Notes: generated by a model from the sequence alone, not told the origin. Numbered from the stretch's first letter, positions 9,416 through 19,068 are shown. The stretch: DNA of 23,338 nt from Amoeboradix gromovi X-113 (GCA_018985225.1 JADGIF010000075.1:1-23338), one strand, 5' to 3'. Program-made: numbers and translations.

Positions 9416-12400
9416 TTATTTATATTTAGGTACTCCGTTCACCATAGTCTCTACATTCCTTTGCTCTCCATACAGACTGTCGCTAATCAATTGTTGCTCC
9501 TCGATCACATGAATCTTCTTCATCCCGGTTGCAACTGCTGCATTTGCTGGTCTTGCGCTAGCCATGATTACGTCACCTTGCTGTCCCAGTGTACTCGACT
9601 GCTTGAACCTATTTTTGTGGTTTTTCCTCTTTAATTGCTTCACACAGGTCATTAGTCTCTTCTCTACATGACTCCACATTCCCATATTAATGGGCTCCTC
9701 TTGAGTCCAGTGTATATTAGCAACACTGTACTTCTTCATTTCCTCAGTTACCAAGTCATATGGAAATGGATTTATCTCCTCAATTCTTACTATTGCTACA
9801 TCTCTCACATCATTCAGCTTTCTAGCTTGAAGCAATGAATAATAAACTTGCCCGCTACAGAATATCAGTCTATTTATTTCCTCATTCTTATTAATTGCCC
9901 ACCCACCATGTGTTTCTGTTTCTCCTATAACCCGCTTAAACTCTGTGTTCTCATCCATTTCTACCAGGTCACTCTTGCACAGTGGGTGCCTCAACAGTGA
10001 CTTGCTAAACGGCAGTATTAATGGCTTCCTAAAGTTTCTGCTCAGCTGTCTTCGTAATAAATGGAAGTAATTTGCAGGAGTACTTGGATAGGCTATCTGC
10101 ATATTGCAATCTTGGTGCTGTCTCTGCAATTGAAGATTAGTCGGATACAAGTAGCAGTTATCATCTACCATCTGTAAAAATCGTTCAATTCTACAAGAGC
10201 TGTGTTCAGGTCCTTGTCCATCATATCCGTGCGGCAAGTTCATTATTAAGCCGCTAGTCTGAAACCACTTACGCTCACCGCTTGCAATGAATTGATCTAT
10301 AATCACTTGCGCATTGTTACAGAAATCTCCAAACTGCGCTTCCCAAATGCACAGCCCGTGTGGATCTACAAATGAGTACCCTAACTCAAATCCCAGTATA
10401 CCAAACTCTGATAACGAAGAGTTCACTACAGACAACTTGCCAACTTTAGTATTCATATTTAGTGGTACCAATCTGTTTTCATTTTCTTGATCAATTAGCA
10501 CCGCATGTCTTTGACTAAATGTGCCTCGTTCAACATCTTGCCCACTAAGCCTTACCTGCTTATTCTCATTCAAAATAGATCCAAATGCTAGCATCTCGCA
10601 AGTGCTCCAATCTAAACCTTTACCATCTGTAATTGTAGACTTGCGCTGTTTAATAATTTTAATCAGCTGAGGGTGACACTGGAATGTAGATGGTAGTGTA
10701 CATGCATCTATCCCAATCTTTTGGAGTCGGTTAGTTGCAACACCAGTTGGTAAAGTAGATGCAATAGTTTGTTGAAGTTCTTTAGGACTTGGAAATCCTT
10801 TCCACACGCTGCTAACCCATTCCTTGGGTGTGGGAATGTATGATGAGCTGTTATCGTAGCTGTTCTGTAAAATATTAAGTACTCTCTGACTATTGCTATC
10901 CATAAATGATTGATCAATAACATCATCTGGATCCTTAGATTTATTGTATTCTAATAACGTGCTTTGATATTTTTGCAAAACAGGTGTCATTTTACTTATT
11001 CTTTTGTACATTTTAGGTTGAGTGAACATTGGTTGATCAATTTCATTATGACCATACTTGCGATAACAGACTATATCAACTACAACATCCTTGTGAAATA
11101 GTTGACGCCATTCAGCGGCTATTTCCATACAGAAAACGACTGCTTCCACGTCATCGCCATTAACATGCAATATTGGGCATTCGACAGTTTTGGCTACATC
11201 GCTACAGTATGGAGTAGACCTACTACTTCGAGGGTCAGTAGTAAAACCAATTTGGTTGTTGACTATGATATGTATTGTGCCACCCGTCTCATAGCTGGGC
11301 AACTCACTAATGCCAAACGTCTCATAAACAATTCCTTGGCCAGCAAATGCAGCATCGCCATGCAAAAGAATTGCCATGGAGGATGATTGAGATGGTTTAG
11401 ACTGAAGATTTCGTTGTTTAAGTTCGTTTAAAGCCCTAACTTTGCCTATAACCACAGGATCAACAGCCTCTAAATGACTAGGGTTGGCGACAAGAGAAAT
11501 TTGAACTTGTTTGCCACTTGGTGTAGGCCTATCGTAAGTCATACCAAGGTGATATTTGACATCACCACTACCTTCGATTTCTTGAAGGTGAGTACCTTTA
11601 AACTCGTTAAATAACGATTCGTTAGGTTTTCTTACAACATTTGACAACACGTTAAGACGTCCACGATGTGGCATGCCCATGACTACATTATCGACACCTA
11701 AATCAACAGCCTTATCAATCAGAGCCTTCATTCCTGGAATTAGCGATTCACAGCCCTCTAGTCCAAATCTTTTGTCGCTGGGATACTTTTTAGCGACAAA
11801 CTGTTCAAAATGATCAGCCCACATTAACCTATCCAAAATAACCTTTCGCTTTGGAGTTGAGAACTTATAAGGACGAGGTATTTCAAATTTGGAACGAAGC
11901 CAGTCGCACTGAGTACGACTAGAAATATGAAAGTATTCAATTCCAATTGATTTACAGTATATATTTCGAAGTATTTCCAAGATTTCAGACAATTTCATTT
12001 TTGATTTCAGATGTAAAAAGCGAGGCAAAATACCAGGACCCAATGAAAACTCTTGATTCAAGTCGTTTAATCCGTAGTATTCAGGAAACAGTTCAGCTGG
12101 AAGATTAGAATCTAAATCAGCATGACCCAGTTCTAAAGGATCCAGCTTGGCAATATGATGACCGCGAACTTGGTAGGCTCTAACTAATAATTGAACTTTC
12201 TGATGAGCAGAAATATCTGTATTGGCTTCGGAATGAAATGGAGGCATTGATGATGCAAATTCAATTTTCACCACATCTTGTTCAAATCTATTGAGTTCCT
12301 CCCCGGTTGGTTTCTTTGCCAGCTGCTGAAAATAATGCCTCCAGCTTGAATGAACACTTGCTGGGTTCTTCAAAAAATCTCGGTAAAGCTGTTCGGAATA

Positions 12401-12436
12401 ACGATTGATCAAATTACGCAATGGTCTTGCGAACAT
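9416..12436 (-). CDS. KGD1: Mitochondrial 2-oxoglutarate dehydrogenase E1
   Basis: PASVHSSW, RAYQVRGH, KRFGLEG, GMPHRGRLN, GSGDVKYHLG, HGDAAFAGQG, GHNEID, GQDVERGTFSQRH, WEAQFGDF, PHGYDGQGPEHSS. First ATG is 12436 (MFARPLR, a short presequence-like start). Confidence 0.98.
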   Translation of the reverse strand: MFARPLRNLINRYSEQLYRDFLKNPASVHSSWRHYFQQLAKKPTGEELNRFEQDVVKIEFASSMPPFHSEANTDISAHQKVQLLVRAYQVRGHHIAKLDPLELGHADLDSNLPAELFPEYYGLNDLNQEFSLGPGILPRFLHLKSKMKLSEILEILRNIYCKSIGIEYFHISSRTQCDWLRSKFEIPRPYKFSTPKRKVILDRLMWADHFEQFVAKKYPSDKRFGLEGCESLIPGMKALIDKAVDLGVDNVVMGMPHRGRLNVLSNVVRKPNESLFNEFKGTHLQEIEGSGDVKYHLGMTYDRPTPSGKQVQISLVANPSHLEAVDPVVIGKVRALNELKQRNLQSKPSQSSSMAILLHGDAAFAGQGIVYETFGISELPSYETGGTIHIIVNNQIGFTTDPRSSRSTPYCSDVAKTVECPILHVNGDDVEAVVFCMEIAAEWRQLFHKDVVVDIVCYRKYGHNEIDQPMFTQPKMYKRISKMTPVLQKYQSTLLEYNKSKDPDDVIDQSFMDSNSQRVLNILQNSYDNSSSYIPTPKEWVSSVWKGFPSPKELQQTIASTLPTGVATNRLQKIGIDACTLPSTFQCHPQLIKIIKQRKSTITDGKGLDWSTCEMLAFGSILNENKQVRLSGQDVERGTFSQRHAVLIDQENENRLVPLNMNTKVGKLSVVNSSLSEFGILGFELGYSFVDPHGLCIWEAQFGDFCNNAQVIIDQFIASGERKWFQTSGLIMNLPHGYDGQGPEHSSCRIERFLQMVDDNCYLYPTNLQLQRQHQDCNMQIAYPSTPANYFHLLRRQLSRNFRKPLILPFSKSLLRHPLCKSDLVEMDENTEFKRVIGETETHGGWAINKNEEINRLIFCSGQVYYSLLQARKLNDVRDVAIVRIEEINPFPYDLVTEEMKKYSVANIHWTQEEPINMGMWSHVEKRLMTCVKQLKRKNHKNRFKQSSTLGQQGDVIMASARPANAAVATGMKKIHVIEEQQLISDSLYGEQRNVETMVNGVPKYK

Positions 12437-12490
12437 TGTTTCAAAAAATGTCAAAAAAAAGTTAAATGAAATTTTGGATTTATTGATGTC

Positions 12491-13110
12491 CTCTTTAAGA
12501 ATCCTGGTTTCCTGGATATCCAAAAACTTCCAACGAGAAACTAAAAAACCAGCCAATCCATCATTGTGCTTGCCTTATTGCGGTATTTAACAGGATCCAT
12601 ATTTTCTAGGCACATGTTCCTTGCTTCATGTCTCGATATACTTGAAATGAACACTTCCTCTGTTTTAGAGCCAAAGAAGTCCTTGTACAATGTACCTATC
12701 TGAATTTGAACATCCTCTTTTGTTTGCCAATGAGACTCCGCATAAAAGAAAGTAACTTTTGAGGTTGATGCGGAAATGCTAATTGACTCTGAAGTGTATT
12801 GCAACTAGCATATTCATTATTTGCTGGCATTGAGATACACCGCACAGTTCCATTTGAACAGCTCGATTGTTTTCTTGAATAAATCATATATCGCGAATTT
12901 GTATATATTTTTGTATCATTTCACGACTTTTCCAGATTTTTCTAATAGCTTAAATACTCGATATTCTTCATTTTCACAAACGGTAAATTAATTCTAAAGA
13001 AATAACTAGCAGGTACAGCATACAAAGACATATGATCTGATATACTTACCCTCGTTCAATACGAGCCAGATGCTAAGTAGCTTGTCGAGCAATTCGGAGC
13101 TGAACATCAT
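12491..13110 (-). mobile_element. Old copy of the TIR family with decayed internal coding sequence
   Basis: 12491-12543 matches the left TIR region (2575-2627) at 38/53 nt ungapped. The adjoining broken frame (HWQTKEDVQIQ...FFG...ARNMCLENMDP...KASTMM) resembles the translation of 365-550 (WLQT*RIVFVQ...QFG...ARRHVYMHNYLDP...EASEML). Confidence 0.55.
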
Positions 13111-13175
13111 ACTTATGTTCGATTATAATAACGCTTGGAGCGACAAAGTCTATGTAATAACAATAAATGGTTTAC

Positions 13176-14291
13176 TCAACTAAAATCACCAACTGTTCTT
13201 GATTCTTTAAACACGCTTCTATTCTTAATGTATTCAAATGGTATGGTATTATGCGTCCTGTTTTGAAGCGGTGTTGAATAATCATGCATTCTTGCTGGTG
13301 TCTTTTTGTGCGGTGTATTCATAGGCGTGTTCACTAAATTCATCATAAATTGAACTCTATTGTTCTCTTCTTGTCTTACCATTTTTCTAAATTCCATTCT
13401 TTCCTTAATCAACTCTTGTTGTTGTAGATGGATATTTCTCTTCTCTGTTTCTATTTTACTCCACTCATTCTTATCGTACAACAAGCAATTAAGCGTATTA
13501 TCTGGTGAGCTATCTATGTGGTAAACCTGCTCAAAATCTGCACTGGTGACCAAATCTAGTAATCTATTTTGCTCTTTAATGATGTTGTTTAATGCAGATT
13601 TGTCAGTCAGGTTATCGCCAGAAACAGCGTTTGTGCGATTTACAAGCTCTTCAATAATTATTTGGGGGTCTTTTGACTCGTATTCAGAGGGCAATTCATA
13701 CAGAACACCACTGAATAAGCTTTTGTAATACGACAATTCTTGCTTTAGGAATGCATTTCTCTCATTCAACATATCAATACAAGATTGATAGGCATCCGGT
13801 ATGTTGTTCACTGGCTTCTGCTGAATGTAACTACTGTAATTTTTGTTGAAATGTATGTCGAAATCTTTTTTAACGTTCAGTTTCATTGTTTTGATAGTCA
13901 TTTCTTTAACCTTTGCAATTTCCAAGTCTTTTCGCTTTATATCACTACCTGTTTTTGATTTTATAAATTGCATATCTTGACGAACAGCCAACTCGGATTT
14001 CTTCGCTTGTTGATGTTGTACTTGTACTGTGTCAAGTTCATTCTTCAGCTTGTTATACTTTAAATGAAGCTGATTAATTTGGCTCTCAAGCTGATGGTTT
14101 TCAGACTTTAAATAAGAATGGCTTTGATATAGTTTAGAGTATTCACCATCCAACTTTACTAACTGCGTATGGACAACATCGACCTGCTGCTTAGACTGCT
14201 TGCACAAGTTTAAAAGATCTTGCATCGCCATGTCGGAATTGTTATAATCAATGTTCAATAAGCTCAACTCATATGTCAAATGCTCATCCAT
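13176..14291 (-). CDS. Afadin/alpha-actinin-binding (ADIP/SSX2IP/Msd1-like) coiled-coil protein, probably centrosome/SPB associated
   Basis: Long N-terminal coiled coil ending SDIKRKDLEIAKVKE (ADIP-type KKE.E..kLK), a second coiled coil, and a TP-rich tail. Confidence 0.65.
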   Translation of the reverse strand: MDEHLTYELSLLNIDYNNSDMAMQDLLNLCKQSKQQVDVVHTQLVKLDGEYSKLYQSHSYLKSENHQLESQINQLHLKYNKLKNELDTVQVQHQQAKKSELAVRQDMQFIKSKTGSDIKRKDLEIAKVKEMTIKTMKLNVKKDFDIHFNKNYSSYIQQKPVNNIPDAYQSCIDMLNERNAFLKQELSYYKSLFSGVLYELPSEYESKDPQIIIEELVNRTNAVSGDNLTDKSALNNIIKEQNRLLDLVTSADFEQVYHIDSSPDNTLNCLLYDKNEWSKIETEKRNIHLQQQELIKERMEFRKMVRQEENNRVQFMMNLVNTPMNTPHKKTPARMHDYSTPLQNRTHNTIPFEYIKNRSVFKESRTVGDFS

Positions 14292-14903
14292 TTAAAACAA
14301 AGGAGACGTTAAGTTAAAAACCAGCCCCACTGATTGAGTCCAGAAGCTTTCTTAAGAAGAAAACTGTGTCTCATACTGTCTGCTATACAAGTGCGACGCT
14401 GCTGAGTTAAGTGAATATTTCATCATGGCAAAGATAACGAAAATAATCAGTAGTGTTAAACTGACCTCTTCGTTAAAAGCCCTTCCTGCAGAGGAAATTA
14501 AGAATTTTCAAAGGAACCTAACAAAGACAATAGCTCTGTTACTGCGGTATTTCATGCTTCCATCCCTGATAAGGTATCAAATAGTGGTGCATACAAGTAC
14601 GTGTTCCTTACTGCCACGTGGTCGCCTTTTACATTTATTGTTGATTGTATAGAAATCTCTTTGCTGATGTTTAGAGAAAACGTTTAGGTTCTGTGAAAGA
14701 ATGCATTCTGTATATATTAGTGATTTCTTTAGAATCGAACATTATTCAGGATCTCAAACCTCGACCTTTTTCAACAGTAGCTCTTATGTGTTATCAGCAG
14801 TTTCTACTGCTTGAAAAGGAAGAACCTTTTGGGCCATTTTACAGCGGGGTTTTTAAAGGGTAAACTAAGTTTAAATAGAAACGGTTTTATTTAGTGATTT
14901 CAA

Positions 14904-15356
14904 TCAGCTGTTTGTCCTAGGTCCATCGAATTTAGTGATTATGTCCAGATATGCAGCACAAGCAAGTTGTAAATTGGATAACTTAGTAGAGAGAACCTTA
15001 AAATGCCTTAAGTTTGTGACTTCCTTGGTTAAATCAATGAGTTCATCGTTAAGTAAATGAATTATAGGATTGCAATCTCTTATCAAAATCTCTAATTTTT
15101 CCTCTCTGACAATATTCATCTGTCTCCTGTGCTTATTATGTCTATTGTTGAACCATGATCTCAGGTATACCAAAGATGGAATGGCAGGGTATTTAGATAA
15201 CAGGCTCTGAAGTAATTCTGTGCTTGGACAGCTTTGACGCGTATATATCTCTTCCAGGATGTCAGTTAATTTATTCATGGGCTTTGAGGTCTTGTACCTT
15301 TTATTTTCCCCCATCTGTGGTGTTTTTGCTGGATTAAGTAATTCAGTGATATTCAT
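14904..15356 (-). CDS. Atypical homeodomain transcription factor, 150 aa
   Basis: ILEEIY...CPS...LRSWFNNRHNKHRR (WFxNxR-type helix 3), N-terminal ITELLNP and C-terminal Leu heptads. Confidence 0.8.
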   Translation of the reverse strand: MNITELLNPAKTPQMGENKRYKTSKPMNKLTDILEEIYTRQSCPSTELLQSLLSKYPAIPSLVYLRSWFNNRHNKHRRQMNIVREEKLEILIRDCNPIIHLLNDELIDLTKEVTNLRHFKVLSTKLSNLQLACAAYLDIITKFDGPRTNS

Positions 15357-15529
15357 GTAATCTGTTTGATAGGAGATTCAAGTTTAATCACATGAATACG
15401 TAATTACATATGCAGGTTGCATATGCATATGACTTAAATTGTACTTATTTTAATAATCCATCTCACAATGATTATAGATTGTGGAGTCTAAGTCTTTTAT
15501 ATAGCAAAATTTGATTTGATTCATTTAAT

Positions 15530-16523
15530 TCAATTAACTGGAGATTTATTGTTTGGTTCGCCGAATTCTTTTTCAACCGATCCAATCATTTGATACCATA
15601 CGAGATACAAATGATGACGTGGAAGAGCCAAATTTCTGTATAATTCGTTCCCTGTAAGATCGGTTATCTCATCATCATCGCATTTAATGAACTTTGCTTT
15701 GTTTGAAAACGTGCATGACACATCCACATTTGAAAGGCAATTCCTCATAGAATCTAGAGACTTGGAAGATTTCATAGATTTTAAAGAATCAAGAGACTTG
15801 GCTTTTTTCAGCTTGTTTTGTACTTTTTTATCGTTGTGGGCGAAAGTGATGTAGTGACCCATGTCTTTATCCAACGTAATATGAACTACGACGCTAACTA
15901 AGCAGTAGGTATATCTATGAGTATCTGTCTGGTATTCAAATTCAGTGGGTAAAAGTACATTTTGGGATTGCTTTTGAACTTTTGGAAATTGAAAACACCA
16001 AAGTAAGGGTGGTGTGATCTTGACATTTTTTAAATGCCTAGTAGTAGTCCCGCATTCTTCGCAGTTAAGACTCAGTATTTCTTTGTTCAAACTTAATAAG
16101 GCGTCGCCAAAACTAGTTTCAGTGTCATATAACAAAGTCCAATTATCAGCAACAGCTTCTGATTTACATGTCTGACAACTACCACATATAATTTCACATT
16201 CTAATGAGACTCTATACCAATTACTATTTAAGTGATCAAATATGTATAGCAAGAACTCATGAGCGTCAAATTGCATACCATAAGTATAAGAAGGAAAGTG
16301 CTTTGAAAGAAAGTTAATTAATTCCGGAAGATTCTTTTCATCCTGAACTGTGTTAAGCAATATCGAAACGAAAGATACAGGTTTTTTCTTGCTTTTACTT
16401 AACTCTTTAGCTTTTAAAAATAAAAGCGAGTTAAGAGCTGATGAGTATAAAAAGGTATATAAAATGCAATTAATAAAACATGTGTTCCCTAGATGAATAA
16501 AAGATACCGTAATTCTTGAACAT
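15530..16523 (-). CDS. Ubiquitin-specific protease (peptidase C19); join(16523..16508,16488..15530), 324 aa
   Basis: Cys box GNTCFINC lies in frame upstream of the track's TTG start; QFDAHEFL, CxxC pairs, GHY His box and CDD are present. An ATG is reached only by removing the 19-nt GT-AG segment. Confidence 0.88.
16489..16507 (-). other. Predicted 19-nt spliceosomal intron GTATCTTTTATTCATCTAG
   Basis: GT...TAG ends; removal gives ATG TTC AAG AAT TAC G|GG AAC ACA TGT = MFKNYGNTC. Confidence 0.7.
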
Positions 16524-16972
16524 AAAAGGTCTACAATTATGATTGGTAGGAAGGAGTTAACATGGAATTTACATACTTCTAGAACATGGAACAGTTTCTT
16601 CTCTGCCAGTAAGGTCTTTCACGATGTTTTTTTAAGACTTTTCAGTGACCGGAGTATTTGGGTTGTTGTGTTCGTATCTTTTTTCGACTTGCTCAATTGT
16701 TATAGAATGTTAGCACCTCCATTTTTTGCTTTTCATGCAATAGTAAACAGACGGCAATCGAGTATTTGCTGCAACTCCTTCCCAAGTTTGTGCAAAGTAC
16801 GCTAGCCTACCATGTAAATTATCTTGCATATCCTAGTGAGAGCTGATGGCACACCGCAGTGGTATCCCACTGAGGTAATCCATAGTGTTAAGTAAATTTA
16901 TTGCTTGAAATCATTTGAGACTTCTTGATTCAAAAACCTCTAGTTTTTATACGTTAATGCCTCAAGTTTTAC

Positions 16973-17593
16973 TTAAAGTTGCAAATATTTATTTAGTTGG
17001 TTTACATGATGACTATTAGCAAATTCATTGTGGCAACTACTAATAGTGCTGTCAATCCAAGATCCGATGTTTGCAGGAATCTGTTGCATTATAAGTCCAA
17101 TGTTCATAAGTTCATCGTCCACCACTATTTGTCTCTGATCCCCAACCATTTCATTGGCGGTACATTTGTAAGATTTCATGGATACCTTAACGGAATCTGT
17201 TTCTCTGTTGAGGATGTCAACAGGTCTCTCAAGTTTATCAACATCTCCCTTTTTGTAATAGCATATCAAATGAAATCTGTTTTTTTTCAGGGTAATGAAT
17301 GAAATGGTTTTCTTAATTAAACCGTTTTCAATTTTCACTTTGTTAACAATTTGCTTGTACACCAAGAAGTGACCATGAATCCTCGAAGCAGACCAGTATA
17401 AGCCGTCTGTCCATCTAGATATATTCGTTTTTTCAGTTGTCCATACAAAGCAGCTGCCACTTTCAATTGACAATCTCTCAGATAATGTTAATCTTTGTGC
17501 AACAACTGGCAATTGTCCAGTTTCAACTGAGTTAATTACTAGCATTGCATCTTCCAGAGTTTTTACATATCCATGAAACGATTCAATTGCCAT
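16973..17593 (-). CDS. Gti1/Pac2 (WOPR) family transcription factor
   Basis: SFHGYVKTLEDA, RLTLSER..IESGSCFVW, ISRWTDGLYWSASRIHGHFLVY, GLIKKTIS, HLICYY. Confidence 0.95.
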   Translation of the reverse strand: MAIESFHGYVKTLEDAMLVINSVETGQLPVVAQRLTLSERLSIESGSCFVWTTEKTNISRWTDGLYWSASRIHGHFLVYKQIVNKVKIENGLIKKTISFITLKKNRFHLICYYKKGDVDKLERPVDILNRETDSVKVSMKSYKCTANEMVGDQRQIVVDDELMNIGLIMQQIPANIGSWIDSTISSCHNEFANSHHVNQLNKYLQL

Positions 17594-17680
17594 TATTACA
17601 TGGGATAAAGATCCTTTTAAACCTTCCTTTGTTCCCAGGAAATGGCTGCTACGTACTCAATGGCGATTTTAAAAATTATT

Positions 17681-17944
17681 TTATTTTTGTTCTCCACCAA
17701 CTAAAACTATACCATCACCTCTTATAAAAAGCATTGGTGACTTGTTAATATCTTTCGCTACACTAGTCTCTTCCGTCAAGGTTGTGATCGTCTCCTCAGC
17801 GCCACTAAGGATCATGTTACAATGCTGATCAAAGCCTTCCAATTTGCCAGTTATTTCTCTGTTCCCTTTCAACTTTATGTATACCTTACAGTCTAACAAT
17901 AGTTTGATAAAGTCCAACGGTTTGTTTACAATTGAGGAAGACAT
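17681..17944 (-). CDS. LSM3: Sm-like protein LSm3, 87 aa
   Basis: PLDFIKLLLD.KVYIKLKGNRE..GKL.GFDQHCNMIL..AEETI...MLFIRGDGIVLV; ATG at 17944. Confidence 0.93.
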   Translation of the reverse strand: MSSSIVNKPLDFIKLLLDCKVYIKLKGNREITGKLEGFDQHCNMILSGAEETITTLTEETSVAKDINKSPMLFIRGDGIVLVGGEQK

Positions 17945-18271
17945 GCGGGACTTGCTCTCTGAAAAGTGAACCTGGGGTAAAGCAGACAAAAAGAAGACAA
18001 CTGAAGAGATCTTAAATATGCCGTAGAAAGGAATACAAGTAATATTACACAAACCCTATCAGACTATTTTACTATCACTTTTACCATCATTATCTTCAAC
18101 AATCCAAACCAAAGCGGTTTAATCTCTCAACATATTAGTTCCGGCGTTTTTACCTGCTATTAAAGCGATCATTCAACCCCTCAGCTGTTGTGAAATTCCC
18201 AACAACAGACCACTAGATATCTCTAGCAGCAATCTAGTAAAGTACTTGTCTTCATATTTCGCATCTTTATT

Positions 18272-18358
18272 CGCCTACGTGAAATGTGAAGAATTCGAAA
18301 ATCATGAAGATTTCAAACCCCACACTTCTCAAATATAGACAACTTGGGGAGATACCAT
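18272..18358. repeat. 87-bp dispersed repeat, copy B (inverted relative to 65-151)
   Basis: 81/87 identity to the reverse complement of 65-151. Confidence 0.9.
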
Positions 18359-18736
18359 ATTGTTTTTGAATGGTCGCAACTCTAATGAGCTTTGAGTTCT
18401 ATTCATTTCGCATATTCTGATGCGAAAAATTGCACTAAGTCGTAGATCTGCAAAGTGTTGAATGGTGACAAAATACCAGTACCAATAAAAGAAGTCCTAT
18501 GATATTCAGAGTTGCTTATTTTTTGTCTTGTTCACTTTCACGCCAACTGTAAACGAAAGACGTGAATATGACAATAGATACTTACTAGAATGATGATAAG
18601 TGCAAGCGCAAAAGTTACAGGTCATTACAATATCTCACGTGCACAAAATATGATGAAGTCGTAGCGATTACTTGGAGAACTTGACCTAAAGAATATGGCT
18701 TTTGTGCATGCCTGCTTAAGTAAACTTTAAGGAGAA

Positions 18737-19009
18737 TTAAAAGCGTTTATTAAGTGCAGGCAAATACGGAATATAAAGTCTCATTCCTGGCATAGCTCTT
18801 CCCAAAACTCTCTTGTTTATCTTATTAGCTATCAGTTGACACGGTCTTTTAAATGATGCCAAATTTTTCGATGGTCCGTCAGTTTTTCCTCTTCTCATTC
18901 TTTTGTATTTTGCTTTTAGCATTGCTTTATGCATGTTTGGCCTAGGTGCGAGGTTGAAATGTTTTCTTGCAGTCGAATTAAATACTCGAAATATCCCAAT
19001 TGTAAACAT
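18737..19009 (-). CDS. Small basic protein, probably mitochondrial ribosomal protein bL35m
   Basis: Presequence-like N-terminus, K/R-rich, and HK...KR..RG...RLYIPY spacing resembling bL35 (THK...KRLLPY); divergent. ATG at 19009. Confidence 0.5.
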   Translation of the reverse strand: MFTIGIFRVFNSTARKHFNLAPRPNMHKAMLKAKYKRMRRGKTDGPSKNLASFKRPCQLIANKINKRVLGRAMPGMRLYIPYLPALNKRF

Positions 19010-19068
19010 TTTCAAAGTAGAGCAAGTTACAAGGGAGTTGTGCTATTTGCAATTCAAGATAAGCTTAT

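Noticed and set aside
12437-12556. N-terminal extension of KGD1 in the ORF track (likewise the upstream non-ATG starts given for Sgd1, LSm3, both USPs and the bL35-like gene)
   Set aside because: These are non-ATG starts from bacterial-style calling; the KGD1 extension runs through a TIR relic.
15351-15431. CATATGCA palindromes and alpha2-like CATGTAA/TAAT sites upstream of the homeobox gene
   Set aside because: Short AT-rich motifs without alpha2-Mcm1 spacing; cannot be distinguished from chance.
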